From Octopus bimaculoides (taxonomy: Eukaryota): 63,999 nt of DNA. Made by a program: the position numbers and the translations under genes. Of this stretch, positions 13,044 through 23,807 are shown piece after piece. The notes under the pieces were generated by a model. It was not told the DNA's origin. It did not search any database and saw nothing but the letters and a program-made list of their open reading frames with translations. The DNA lies in assembly GCF_001194135.2 (NCBI RefSeq), contig NC_068983.1:167685529-167749527 (forward strand), written 5' to 3'. Within the stretch, counting starts at the first letter, position 1; the number at the start of each line of letters is the position of its first letter.

Positions 13044-14518
13044 GCTCTTAATTTTAGCTTCTTTTTTGCTGTTGTGGTAAACAAAATTATGTATTATATA
13101 CATTATGTCTATATTTTTGTTAAGTTAAGGCAGTTGGACAAATGACATTATATAGCCTGAGAGAATTTTCTTGTTAAATTGTCAGGAAAAGTTGGTGGGA
13201 ATAATAGGATTTGAATAATCAGCCAAGTGTGCTATCAACATTAGAAGTTTGGAATGTTTTTGAGCTGGGAGGATGAGAAGTATTGAGGTTTCAAAAGTTG
13301 GTTCATAAGAAAAAATCAAGATGTCTTTGGGGAGAAAAACAAAAACAAAAAATGTTTGAAACAATGTTTGGAAATCTGTTACAGTTAGAGAGAAAAAATT
13401 TGCTGCTTTTGGACGCCTGACTCAAGTTCAAATGACTGAAATCTCATTGTTTTTGTTCTGCATCTGTTTTTCATGCTTGCATTGATTGGGTGATTGTGTC
13501 ATTTAAGGCATTGTTTTACTGCCGAATACTCATTCTGATGCTAACCCTAACCTGTTTCCCACAAGGCTTTGAAGGTAGAAAGTGACAGGATGGTTTTTTT
13601 TTTTTAGGTGGAAAACTGAGAACAACAACACTGACAGATAAATCTATTGTACAAGTGATTGCAGATGCAAGCAAACACAGAAACAGTTAGACATGCATGC
13701 ACTCATTCGCCTTTGGTTGGCTCAGGGATATTGTAGGAGACATTTGCTGAAAGTACTGTGCTGTGGGACTGAACCTGAAACAATATGATTGGGAAGTGAA
13801 CATACATCCATGCCTGCACATATTGGAGCTACGTCTGACCTCATGCCTGACCCAAACACCTGCTCCGAAGAAATAGAATAGAAAGAGAAAGATAAGCTGA
13901 ACAGTGTTGAGTAGGTTTTTTTGCTGAAGTGAATCAGTCATTCGAGAACAGAAGCAGAGAAGGTGAAGGGAGGAAACGGTGGACGTTCGTTGGATGCCAT
14001 TTTGACGAAAGGGGAGCAATCGAATGTGTTGCAAGGCACATTGTGAGACAACAACCGATGGGCACAAAGCATCATCATCGCTGTCAGCATCACTCTCATC
14101 ATCATTATCATCATCATCAGTGTCATTGTCATCATCAGTGTCATCGTCATCATTATCATAATCACCATCGCCATCATCATCATCTTTTAGCATCTGTCTT
14201 CAATGTTGCCATGGGTTGGATGGTCTGACAGGTCAGAGGACCACATTGTGCTCCATTGCCTACTTTGGCAGGGTTCCTATGTCAGATGCCCTTCCTAACA
14301 CTATTTGCTTTACAGTGTGTGGACTGGGTGCTTTTTTAATGTCATCAGCAGCAGTGAGGTTGCCATGCAACCTGCAAGACTAAGACCCCTTTTGATTGAG
14401 TGGACTACACTAGAGAGGAAGTTGGTTATGTTATGGGGTTAAAGTATAAGAGAAGGGGCCAGTACAGAACAGATTTCTTGCAGTAGAGTATCTACATGGC
14501 TACTCATATTGAGTAGCC

Positions 14519-14582
14519 ATGAGTGGTTAGGAGTGGTCAGAGTGATTAGGAGTGGTCAGAGTGATTAGGAGTGGTCAGAGTA
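14519..14582. repeat. 19-bp minisatellite (GAGTGGTCAGAGTGATTAG), about 3 copies
   Basis: Tandem copies visible directly. Confidence 0.8.
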
Positions 14583-15723
14583 GAGCTGTAAAAGGATAAA
14601 AATAATGGCAATGAAATGTCAGGGTTGACACTCAAGGAACAAAGTATGTGATGCAGGACAGGAGAATATAAAGTGTATGGGAGAGTTGGGGATGGTTATC
14701 AATAAGGAATGGATGAGAGGGTGAATAGAATGAAGGACAAGTGTTGAAGGATGATAAGAAGGGAAGAGGAAGAGTAGGTGACAACTGTTGAAATTGGGTA
14801 GGATTGAGAGGTGGCCAATGGTGTATGAGTTGAGGGGTAGTAGAGAGGTTATCTCTGGCCAGCACTGATTTGTTATGACGTTTCATGTCCAAATACATCT
14901 AATGTAAACAAAGTGATCAAAGATGAGGTAATGGGTGTATATGCATATTTCAGGAGTTCTTGCTCTTTTTTCAGCACCACATCCAACTCATTAACCATCC
15001 ATGAACTCATTGCTTAAATAGCTACTAATTATAGTAGTGTAACACTATTGGATATACCAATTTTATATATTAAACACATTCCTGGCAGCTGGTACATACA
15101 AATCAGTGTTGGCTGTAAACTCTTAAAAAAAATCTATAGAAAATAACCTTAAAACATGATTAAGTAGCACTGCTAACACAGTAGGACACAGTGTTCACTC
15201 ATACTTTGTAGTATATTATGGCTGCATAACGAAATACAGTGTCCCTACAAGTAATTAAAATGGGAGAGAAGATGAATGATTGCAGAAAAGGGTGTGGATT
15301 AAGTGAAAAGCAGCAGAATAGTAATAATTATGCTTTCTAATTTTGGCACAAGGCCAGCAAGTTTGGGGGAGGGGCTAAGTTAATTACAGCAATCTCAGTA
15401 TTTACTTTATCAACCTCCAAAAGGATGAAAAGCAAAGTCAACTCCAGTGGCACCGGAACCCAAAATGTAAAGCTGGACGAAATGCCGCTGTTAAGAATTC
15501 TTCCAGTTTGCTACCTTGGAACAGTAATGTCAATACTGATAACCGTTTCAACAGTGAAGACAAGTCCTGAAATTTGTGGAGAGGAGCCAGTTGATTACAT
15601 CCATTCAGCCACTTGACTGATTCTTGTTTCATTGACCCTGAAAGGATGAAATGCAAAGTTGACCTCAGTGGAATTTGAACTCAGAAACATGATACAGTAG
15701 ATAGAGGACAAGTGGGAGAAGAT

Positions 15724-15725
<2 letters not shown>

Positions 15726-15803
<78 letters not shown>

Positions 15804-15812
15804 GAGAGAGAG
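15726..15812. repeat. (AG)n microsatellite
   Basis: Long AG run. Confidence 0.95.
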
Positions 15813-16945
15813 ATGACATATGGTTGGGCAGGTTGTAAGAGTGCGGGGCAGATATAATAATAATGAGCTTATTGTGTGGACAATAAGGATGTGTGGACAA
15901 ATTTATGTTTGCAATCCTTAAGGTAATTCAAAATATTACTGAGATAAACTACCTTACCGAGTGAAGATAGCTGTGTTTATAGCTCCCTAATTTGGTTAAC
16001 TAAGACATCTCTCAGTTGAAAGTTTGGTAGAAGAAACAGACAAATTGATATTATAGCAGCAGTGACTAATTGTCTCTTTTGTCAGCAATCTGTTGGAGAA
16101 ATATCAGCTAGCAGTAATTTTTGATGGTAAAGGAAAGATATAGTTGGCCATTGATTTTGCATGTGTGCAATCAGTATTAAAACGAAGTTCTATCCATCTC
16201 TCTTGACTGTGCGTGTGTGCGACAGTGACTAAGACAAGATGTCTTACGACATTTAGTATCGATCTCTTTGTGTGTGTGACATAGAGGTGACATGACTGCA
16301 TTCATCGTGTGTTGAACTCTGTGTGGCAAGGCTAAAAAGGCTTGTATAGACAGGAAACCTGACAAGCTGTGCAAAGAGCTGTATTGTATTACCTGTGAGA
16401 GAATAATGGCAAGGTAATCTAGGGGTTTTGCTATTTCAGGTGAATCTATTCTGGTGGGGTCAGGGATCAAGTGGTGAAGACATTAACCAACTAAGGATAG
16501 AGTGTGTGGTCTTAGTGTTCTTAACTAAAAACAATAGCATTATGTAGCTAGGAGGAAAACTAGTGATTTGGTTTCAAGTCAAATGTTTGCTGCTCTGCAA
16601 ATGCATCCATTACAATCTCTTTCATCTGTTGTTTTTCTTCAATTTCCTCACTTTCTCTTTGCTTGATTTTATCCCTATTCTTCTCTGCATCGCATCAGAT
16701 TTAGTATTTTTTGTTTACAACATCTTTATTGTTTGAAATCAGGATGTATTCCATCACAGGTTTATGTAAACTTGTCCTTGGTTATGCAATCAAGTACCCC
16801 CTGTTCGTAGTTGACTGGGCAGTAGTGAAATAGGCTTCCTAATGGGCATTCTCATTATCTTTTAATGCCTGTCTTCCATACTGGCATGATTTGGATGGTT
16901 TTATAGGACCTGATGGATTGGTGGCATGACTTTTATGGTTGCATG

Positions 16946-18957
16946 CAAGAGTTGTAAAAAATTAATTGATGAAAAATTAATTGCAATATATTGGTCCAAT
17001 TAATTGATTGGAGTCATACTGCCAATTAAAAAATTGATTGCTATCATATCAATTAATTGCAACATTGTCAGTGAAAGTTCTTCAAATGGCTCATACTTCA
17101 TTTGACATTCAAAGGGCAAATACAGCATTCTATTTTTCTTTGAGGTATTGTGCTGTTGCTTTGTTCTGACTGCTGAGAATGATTCACACATTCTGTCATG
17201 TTTAGGAATTGACTATTGTGTATGCTGTTAAGTGTTGATGCTTGATTTGGACTGCTGAGAATGATACACATTCTATCATGCTTGGGAATTGGCTATTGTG
17301 TATGTTGTCAAATAAATGCTGTTGAGTGATTCTTGGCTCTGACTGCCAAGAATGATTCACACATTCAGTCTTCAAGTCATTAAATCGTAACTTTGCCTGC
17401 AACATGGTTGCATCTTGAATTCCACTCCAACATATTACCTGAATCAAACTTTCATCAGTGGAGTGGTGAAATATCTTCCATTGTAAACTGTGGTGAAATA
17501 TCTTTTGTTTTAAACTAAGCCATGCCACATGAAAATGAGCAAATCATCAGAAAATATTTTGATTAAACAGACAGTAAACATGTATGGAAATGCAAGTGTG
17601 GAAAAAAGGAACTAGATGGACAAATATTATGAATCGTATAAAAAAACCAGCATCCAGAGTATTCTACTACACTAGCAACTTGACAACCATCTTCATCAAG
17701 TTTTCTTTTACCTAGAAGTAGTTTGGTCAGTTGCTTAGCCTATAGTGAATTTGTGTAGAATACCATTGATTGGATGTGCCTCTCATAAATTCAATCAAGC
17801 TGTTTCTGCTTATCTTGACAAGCAGGAAGTTCTGCTTGATAAAATTAACGTGTTGATGAGCAAGCTAAAATCACTAAAACTTGCAGGTAAACTTCAAGAA
17901 AAAATGCGTTTGCAAAGAAATAAACCCCATTGGTCCAGTACTTATGACATGATTGAGAGGAACATCCAACTCAAGCCCTTTTTAGACTCTTTTCAAGTTG
18001 ATCCAAAGCTGGTTGATTATCTGTTGACTCCACGTGACCAGAATGATCTGCAGACTCTAAAAGACAATTTTGGAAAGTTACACTCAGTAACAGTCACCTG
18101 GCAAAGAACAGAAATAGATTCAGGAGATGTTCAAATTCTTTTCGACGAAATTCTTGCATTGTATCCTTATGAGGAGTTTAAAAAATATTTGCTCCCAGCG
18201 GCAGCCATTGTGCACAGCCCAAATTTTGAAAGTGGAGTTGTGAAAATTTTACAACATGCAAAAGCAGAGTTAACTGCAGATGAAATGGCTGCTCTACATC
18301 AGCTGAAAGTGGTGGCAGACACGTCACGATTTACCTGGAGAAGATGATGATTTTGGAGTGTTAGCTTTAATTTGTTTGTAAAAACACAAAAAAGATTAAA
18401 TTTCACCTCAGCAATATCTGAACTGTAGATTTTTGTTTCCAGCGTCTAACATCTTGGAACGTTTCTTCAGCTCAGCAGGTTACGCTTTTAATGTTTTTCG
18501 GCAATACCAATGAATTTAGAAATGCAATTATTTCTAAAAGTCAATCGCATTTTCTGAGATGAAGAATTACTTTCAGAAATCTACGATTGTTCATGACCTT
18601 TTGCTATATTAGAACATTTTAATTTTCCAACTCGTCTGAGAAACTCTTTCAATTAAAGATCTTTAATTAATTTTTTTTTCAACTCCTGTACAATGTAGAG
18701 TAGACATGTAGTTTGTTCCCTATTCTAAATCAATAAAATTGAACTTTGAACATTTTTGAGACTATAAGAAGTGCCTTTTATTTTCCTACCATTTTGGCTC
18801 TTATCTAAATCAAAGCCAACACTCCAAAATATATAGTGATTTTATGTTTGGCAAAATAATTGACAATAATTGATTGGCCTGTATTCTAATTAAAATTAAT
18901 TGATTGCTAGGAAAATAATCGATTGGAAAAGTTCCAATCAATTATTTACAACCCCTG
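16946..18957 (+). mobile_element. hAT DNA transposon, internally deleted, both ends and TSD intact
   Basis: Imperfect TIRs: left CAAGAGTTGTAAA, right reverse complement CAGGGGTTGTAAA. Perfect 8-bp TSD GTTGCATG at 16938-16945 and 18958-18965. Internal remnants: BED finger (VWKCKCGK..WTNIMN), GCASHKFNQAV (CxxH) in ORF 17745-18347, and a dimerization-like LFPASNILERFFSSAG. Confidence 0.92.
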
Positions 18958-19619
18958 GTTGCATGCCCTTCCTACCACTAACCACTTTACAGAGTGTACT
19001 GGGCACCCCCACCAATTCTACCACTTATTGTATTGACCAATAAATACAAGAAAGGCAACATTGTTGGGGCTTGGTCAAATGAAATATTCAAAGTAGGGGG
19101 TCAGGTGAAAGGAGAACGAAATCTCAGAGATTAAACTGAACAACACTTCAAAATCAGACTTTTTCTTAAAATGTAAGAGAGAGAGAAAGATAGATAGATA
19201 GATAGATAGTTAGATAGATAGATACAGAGAGAGAGAGAGGGGGAAAGAGAGAGAGAGAAAGAGAGAGAGAGAGTGAGAGAAAGAGAGAGAACGGGAATGG
19301 GACCAAAGCTATTTGCAAAGCTATTACAATGTTTTGCAGAACCTGTTCAACCTATCTCTTTAAACATGGGAAAATAAGTGGCAATAACAATTCTAATTTT
19401 TAGTACAAGGCCAGCAATCTTAGGGGAGGGGATAAGTCGATTACATCGACTCCAGTGCTTAACTGGTACTTATTTTATGGACCCCGAAAGGATGAAAGTC
19501 AAAGTCGACCTCAACGGAATTTGAACTCGGAACGTCAAGAGTTGAAAAAATGTCATTAAGCATTCTGTCCACCGCTCAAACAATTCTACTGATGGTGATT
19601 ATATTAGTGTCTAGATTAA

Positions 19620-20200
19620 TTTTTCTCGCTTTCCCGTCACGCTTTGTTATGTAGTGACGTAACTAGAGTGCGAGCCGCCCGGTGCAATTCGATGGCCTCC
19701 ACCCGCCTAGCGTACACAAGCTTATAGAGGAGACCTAAAGGTGTCGCCCGGGACGCGCTGTCTTCTTGCTCGCTACCCGGTATTGTTCTTAAAGTTTGCA
19801 TTTGAATCAGAGCAACTTATGGCCGAGTCATCAGGCAAAACAGTTACTAATTTCAGTTAATATATTTCGACCGCAAAATCTCAGCAAACTGCAAAATACA
19901 ATGAGTAAAACAAAGGAGAACATCAGTGCTTTATGCTCGCAGGTTTGCCTTGACAATGACTGCAGGGTGTCGAGGATTCTTTGTGGTTGATTTTCATGTG
20001 AAAAAAATCAACGATAATAGCATCTTGCCCCAGCATTACATAAATATCCATTGCAAAAACATGTAAAAGATCCCAGGAGACGGAGAGAATAAATCACAGA
20101 TTTAAGCCTGGGTTCATTTCATTAGATGAGAAAATCTTCCTGTGATCGGGCAATATCCTATCTGGGGATTGGTAGCTGTGTTATTCACATAACAAGGTAA
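19620..20200 (+). promoter_or_regulatory. CpG-rich island, putative promoter or non-coding first exon
   Basis: High CpG density (GCGAGCCGCCCGG, TCGCCCGGGACGCGC), GTGACGTAACT at 19654-19664, and candidate donors CAG|GTTTGC (19943) and AAG|GTAAAC (20197). Confidence 0.45.
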
Positions 20201-22178
20201 ACACTGGCGCCCACTTTTTCTGATTTTATAACCACCTTTCACCTGATTTAATCTTATTAACATATAGAATTCATCTCTACCTATCTTCTTTAATCCTCCA
20301 AAACCAGTTTTTTTATTCCTAGTCTTTGTTTTAATCTGACTTCCTCCATTTCAAAAACAATATTTCGTTCGCTTTCTCCAACCCCTTTTGTTTCTCTCAT
20401 CTCTTCCATATATATCTTCTATTCTCTAATATTTTTCATCCTTCCTACTCGCTTGGCTATTTTTCTTTGAAATAATTCTTTCCATTGTTTCTTCCTCTTA
20501 TTTTCATTCTTTCCCTAAGCCAGCCAATCTGCATATTCTTCCTACATAATTTTCACTTTTTCTTTTTCTTCCTGCCTCTTTTACTATTTCCTTATTCCTT
20601 TCACATCTCTTCAAGTTCGCTGACCTCTTAAAAGGACTAAACTTAACCGTTCACTTCCCTCCCTCAACATTCTCAGCCGAGGGAATTTTTCTTCAAATCT
20701 CTCTCATTGTTTTTATTCTCATTTTTAATTCCATTTCTTAAATATTTTCTTTCGTATGTTCTTCTTTTGCACTGATTCTTCTCAGACCCGCGCACACGTA
20801 GAACTCTTTCGGATTTAATGTTTCTCTTCTAATCTTTGTCAGTTCAAGAAATTAAATGCCAGTAATAGACCGTAGCAAAAACTTGTATATATTCAGTGCT
20901 TTACGGCATAAATTTAAATTTTAGAGGGAGATTAAATATATAAAAGAATCAACTGAGGCTTATGATGCAAAAATAAAATATGTGAAAAATAAATTTTTTG
21001 TAAGGAATATGTTTTTGTGTTAAATTCCTTCTAAAAAATGTACCCCCCCCCCGATTTCATATCTAGTTTAATATCAACAATATAACATTCGCTTTTATCT
21101 ATAACACCTTCCCCTTTTTAATATTTCCTTTCCCAACTGAAGAAAAACCAGGATTGGGATTTATTGTAGAAAAATAGAAATACAGAAAAGATAGAAGAAT
21201 ATTTTTTTAAGGGGAGAAGTACAGAGAAAATGAAATAGTTACATTTGGTCTGGAAGGATTTGAATGAATGGAAGGAGAGAAAAGGAATTAGATTTCATTG
21301 TTGCCTCGTAAAGAAGATATAGAACTATATATAAAAAAATACAAGCAATGAACTTAGGAGATTATTTGAGTCGGAAAACATATATATTTTGGATATTGGA
21401 AAGAGGAAATAGTAGCTAAGTGTTAAGGGGATTAACCAGTTGCAAAAGGGATTAAGTTATACCAGATGATACGTGCAAAACGGATTAAGCAGTTTATACT
21501 AGAAGTTTTAGGTATCTTGACAAACTATTACAAATTGAAAGAAAAGTGAGAGAAAGAGAAGAAGAGAAAAAAACAAGAAGAGAGAAAGAGGATGAGTGAG
21601 GAGGAAGAAAGAGATGAGACGGAGAGGAAGAGAGAGAGAGGAAAGAAATAGTGAGTGAGGAGAAAGAGCGAGAGAGTGGAGCCTGGCAGAAAATTGGAAA
21701 GTTGTTGGTAATTCGAGCTTGTTTGGAAGGGTGTGCAGAAGTTAGGTAGTATTATGTATGAGTGTGTAGGCATTCAGCCTCCTCCGCACTAGTTTCTTAG
21801 AAGTTCAGTTCCTGCACGGGAGACGGCGAAAGTGGATGGCTATTTAGAAAGTGGCCAAACAAAAGTTCTCTACTCTAAGAACTTTACGCTTTTATTATCT
21901 TCTTCTGTACAACCTGAACTTATGTCCATGCATTTATCTAATGCATCTGTTTTAAAGAGAGAGAAAATAATAAGGGACTTCTTTGAAATCTAACGATAGT
22001 CCTTTGCACTGAATTAAGAAAGAAAAACAAAGACTACCAGTTGAATCACTGGAAACCTGGAAAGAAATGAAGAAAATAGACAATTAGAGGAAATTCTATT
22101 CCATAAAGTAAACCGAAGAGGCCAAACTTGGAAACTAATTTTTTTCTGATGCTGTTATTACTTTGGCAGCCCTAAATT

Positions 22179-22521
22179 ATGGCTGTAGAGAAAAGGGCTA
22201 AATATTGTTTTGGAGTTGTCGATAGTACCAAAGAAAGTCATGATGTTTGTGTGGAAGGCGATCAGAGAACGGAGACAGCAACGACCGATGACAATAACAA
22301 TCGCAGCATGTACAAACACGGCAGGCATTTTACGAAGAATGCCAGCCGATTACCTCATCTGCTCATGTCTTGTATTCTGATTTTTTCCATCCTATGTACA
22401 CTGTCCACACAAGTCCATGCCATCAGTTCCCGTCATCGCCAACACCGAAAACATCGGCACCAAACTTATTCGCCAAAGTACAAAGATCGACGCCCCGCTA
22501 CGCCTGTGGCTGGGGTTGATG
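22179..22521 (+). CDS. Mosaic tyrosinase-like gene, coding exon 1 (signal peptide and basic tract)
   Basis: ORF with the hydrophobic core LLMSCILIFSILCTLSTQVHA and a probable cleavage after VHA, then SSRHRQHRKHRHQ. Donor G|GTAAGA at 22522, phase 1. The true start may be ATG 22179, 22308 or 22365. Confidence 0.8.
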
Positions 22522-23755
22522 GTAAGAATGGATTTTATGCAACCTTTTTTTTCTCACCTCTTTCACCTCTTTCATTTTATCCCACAGAAACATATATTAT
22601 TTTTCTGGCTCACTCCTGTTTCCAATCCCAAAATTATTTTTCAGAAATATGCGTATTTCTCGAAGGGAAAAGTATTAAATATGAATTCATTCATTTAATT
22701 TCAAGACAAGATTTTTCATAATCAAAATACAAACAATATTACGATGGTAAACAGTTCAACTATTCATTGAAGTTTAAATTTTAAACTGAAAATATATTTG
22801 TTAAAACTTATTTTTTTAAATTTTAAAATATGAAAGCTTTGAAACGAACTAATTTTCTTCTTTAAAATAAAGATGTTTCACAAATATGAATTGATGTGAA
22901 AATAAAATTTGAAGAAATTACATTTAAAGTACAATTAATTTAACCGCATCAAACAACAAAGAAAGTAAAATAAAATTTAAAGTAACCTCAATTTTTTAAA
23001 AACATAACAAATCGAGATTAAATGATATTGTTTATTAAAGATATGAGGCACAGACATGGTGACTCGAGCCGCTTGAAATAGTTACCGAACCTCCCTTATG
23101 ATACCTTCAGCTATCTTAAAAACAGAATTGTCATAGGCTAATGTATTCTTTGGTACACCATGCTTATATATAAAAAATATATATATATATATATACTACG
23201 TGGTGCTGACGGTTCGAATGCATTTGATTGTAGGTCTGCTTCATCTGGGCTGACCTGGGGCTATAGAGTATCAGCTTCCATACTTCGTACAAGCTTTCCT
23301 TAATCTTTGGAGTTTCCGATTAGCCAACAGTAATTCATAGGGATGGGAAAGGGCTAGGAATTGGGAGGCATTTCTTTTTCTTACAAATTACGATTATGAA
23401 AATATTTTCCCCCTTCTAAAATGTTCAATTAAAAAATTTTTGATCCTCAATTCTTACCCTTGCCATACCCCCATCTAATAGTGGCACTATTCCGAAACTC
23501 CGCCGTTATTTTGACCGTTTGGGTTGTATCATTGGAAGCTGACCAAACGTGCACTTGGATAATACTGAACATTTAAAATATATTTTGATCGGTCATTCAA
23601 CCCCCACTTTTTTTTATTTTTAATATTGACATTTATAAAGTTGCTAACTTATTGAGACAATTCGCTAATAGCTGCAATGAAACTTCAGGAAAACAACAAT
23701 ATTTATCTGCAAATAAGAGATAAACCTTTAACTGTTTCGTTGATTAATGTTTATT

Positions 23756-23759
<4 letters not shown>

Positions 23760-23804
<45 letters not shown>
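23760..23804. repeat. (CT)n microsatellite
   Basis: Pure CT run. Confidence 0.95.

Positions 23805-23807
<3 letters not shown>

Noticed and set aside
13476-13545. Possible C/D-box snoRNA (GCAT...CTGATGC terminal stem)
   Set aside because: There is no good RUGAUGA C box and no host-intron context; the match is within chance.
13687-14228. Asp-, His- or Met-rich ORFs in several frames
   Set aside because: They are translations of a (CAT/GAT)n simple repeat plus a SINE tail; there is no splice context.
14519-14582. Regular repeats resembling a CRISPR array
   Set aside because: These are head-to-tail minisatellites without unique spacers, in a eukaryotic context.
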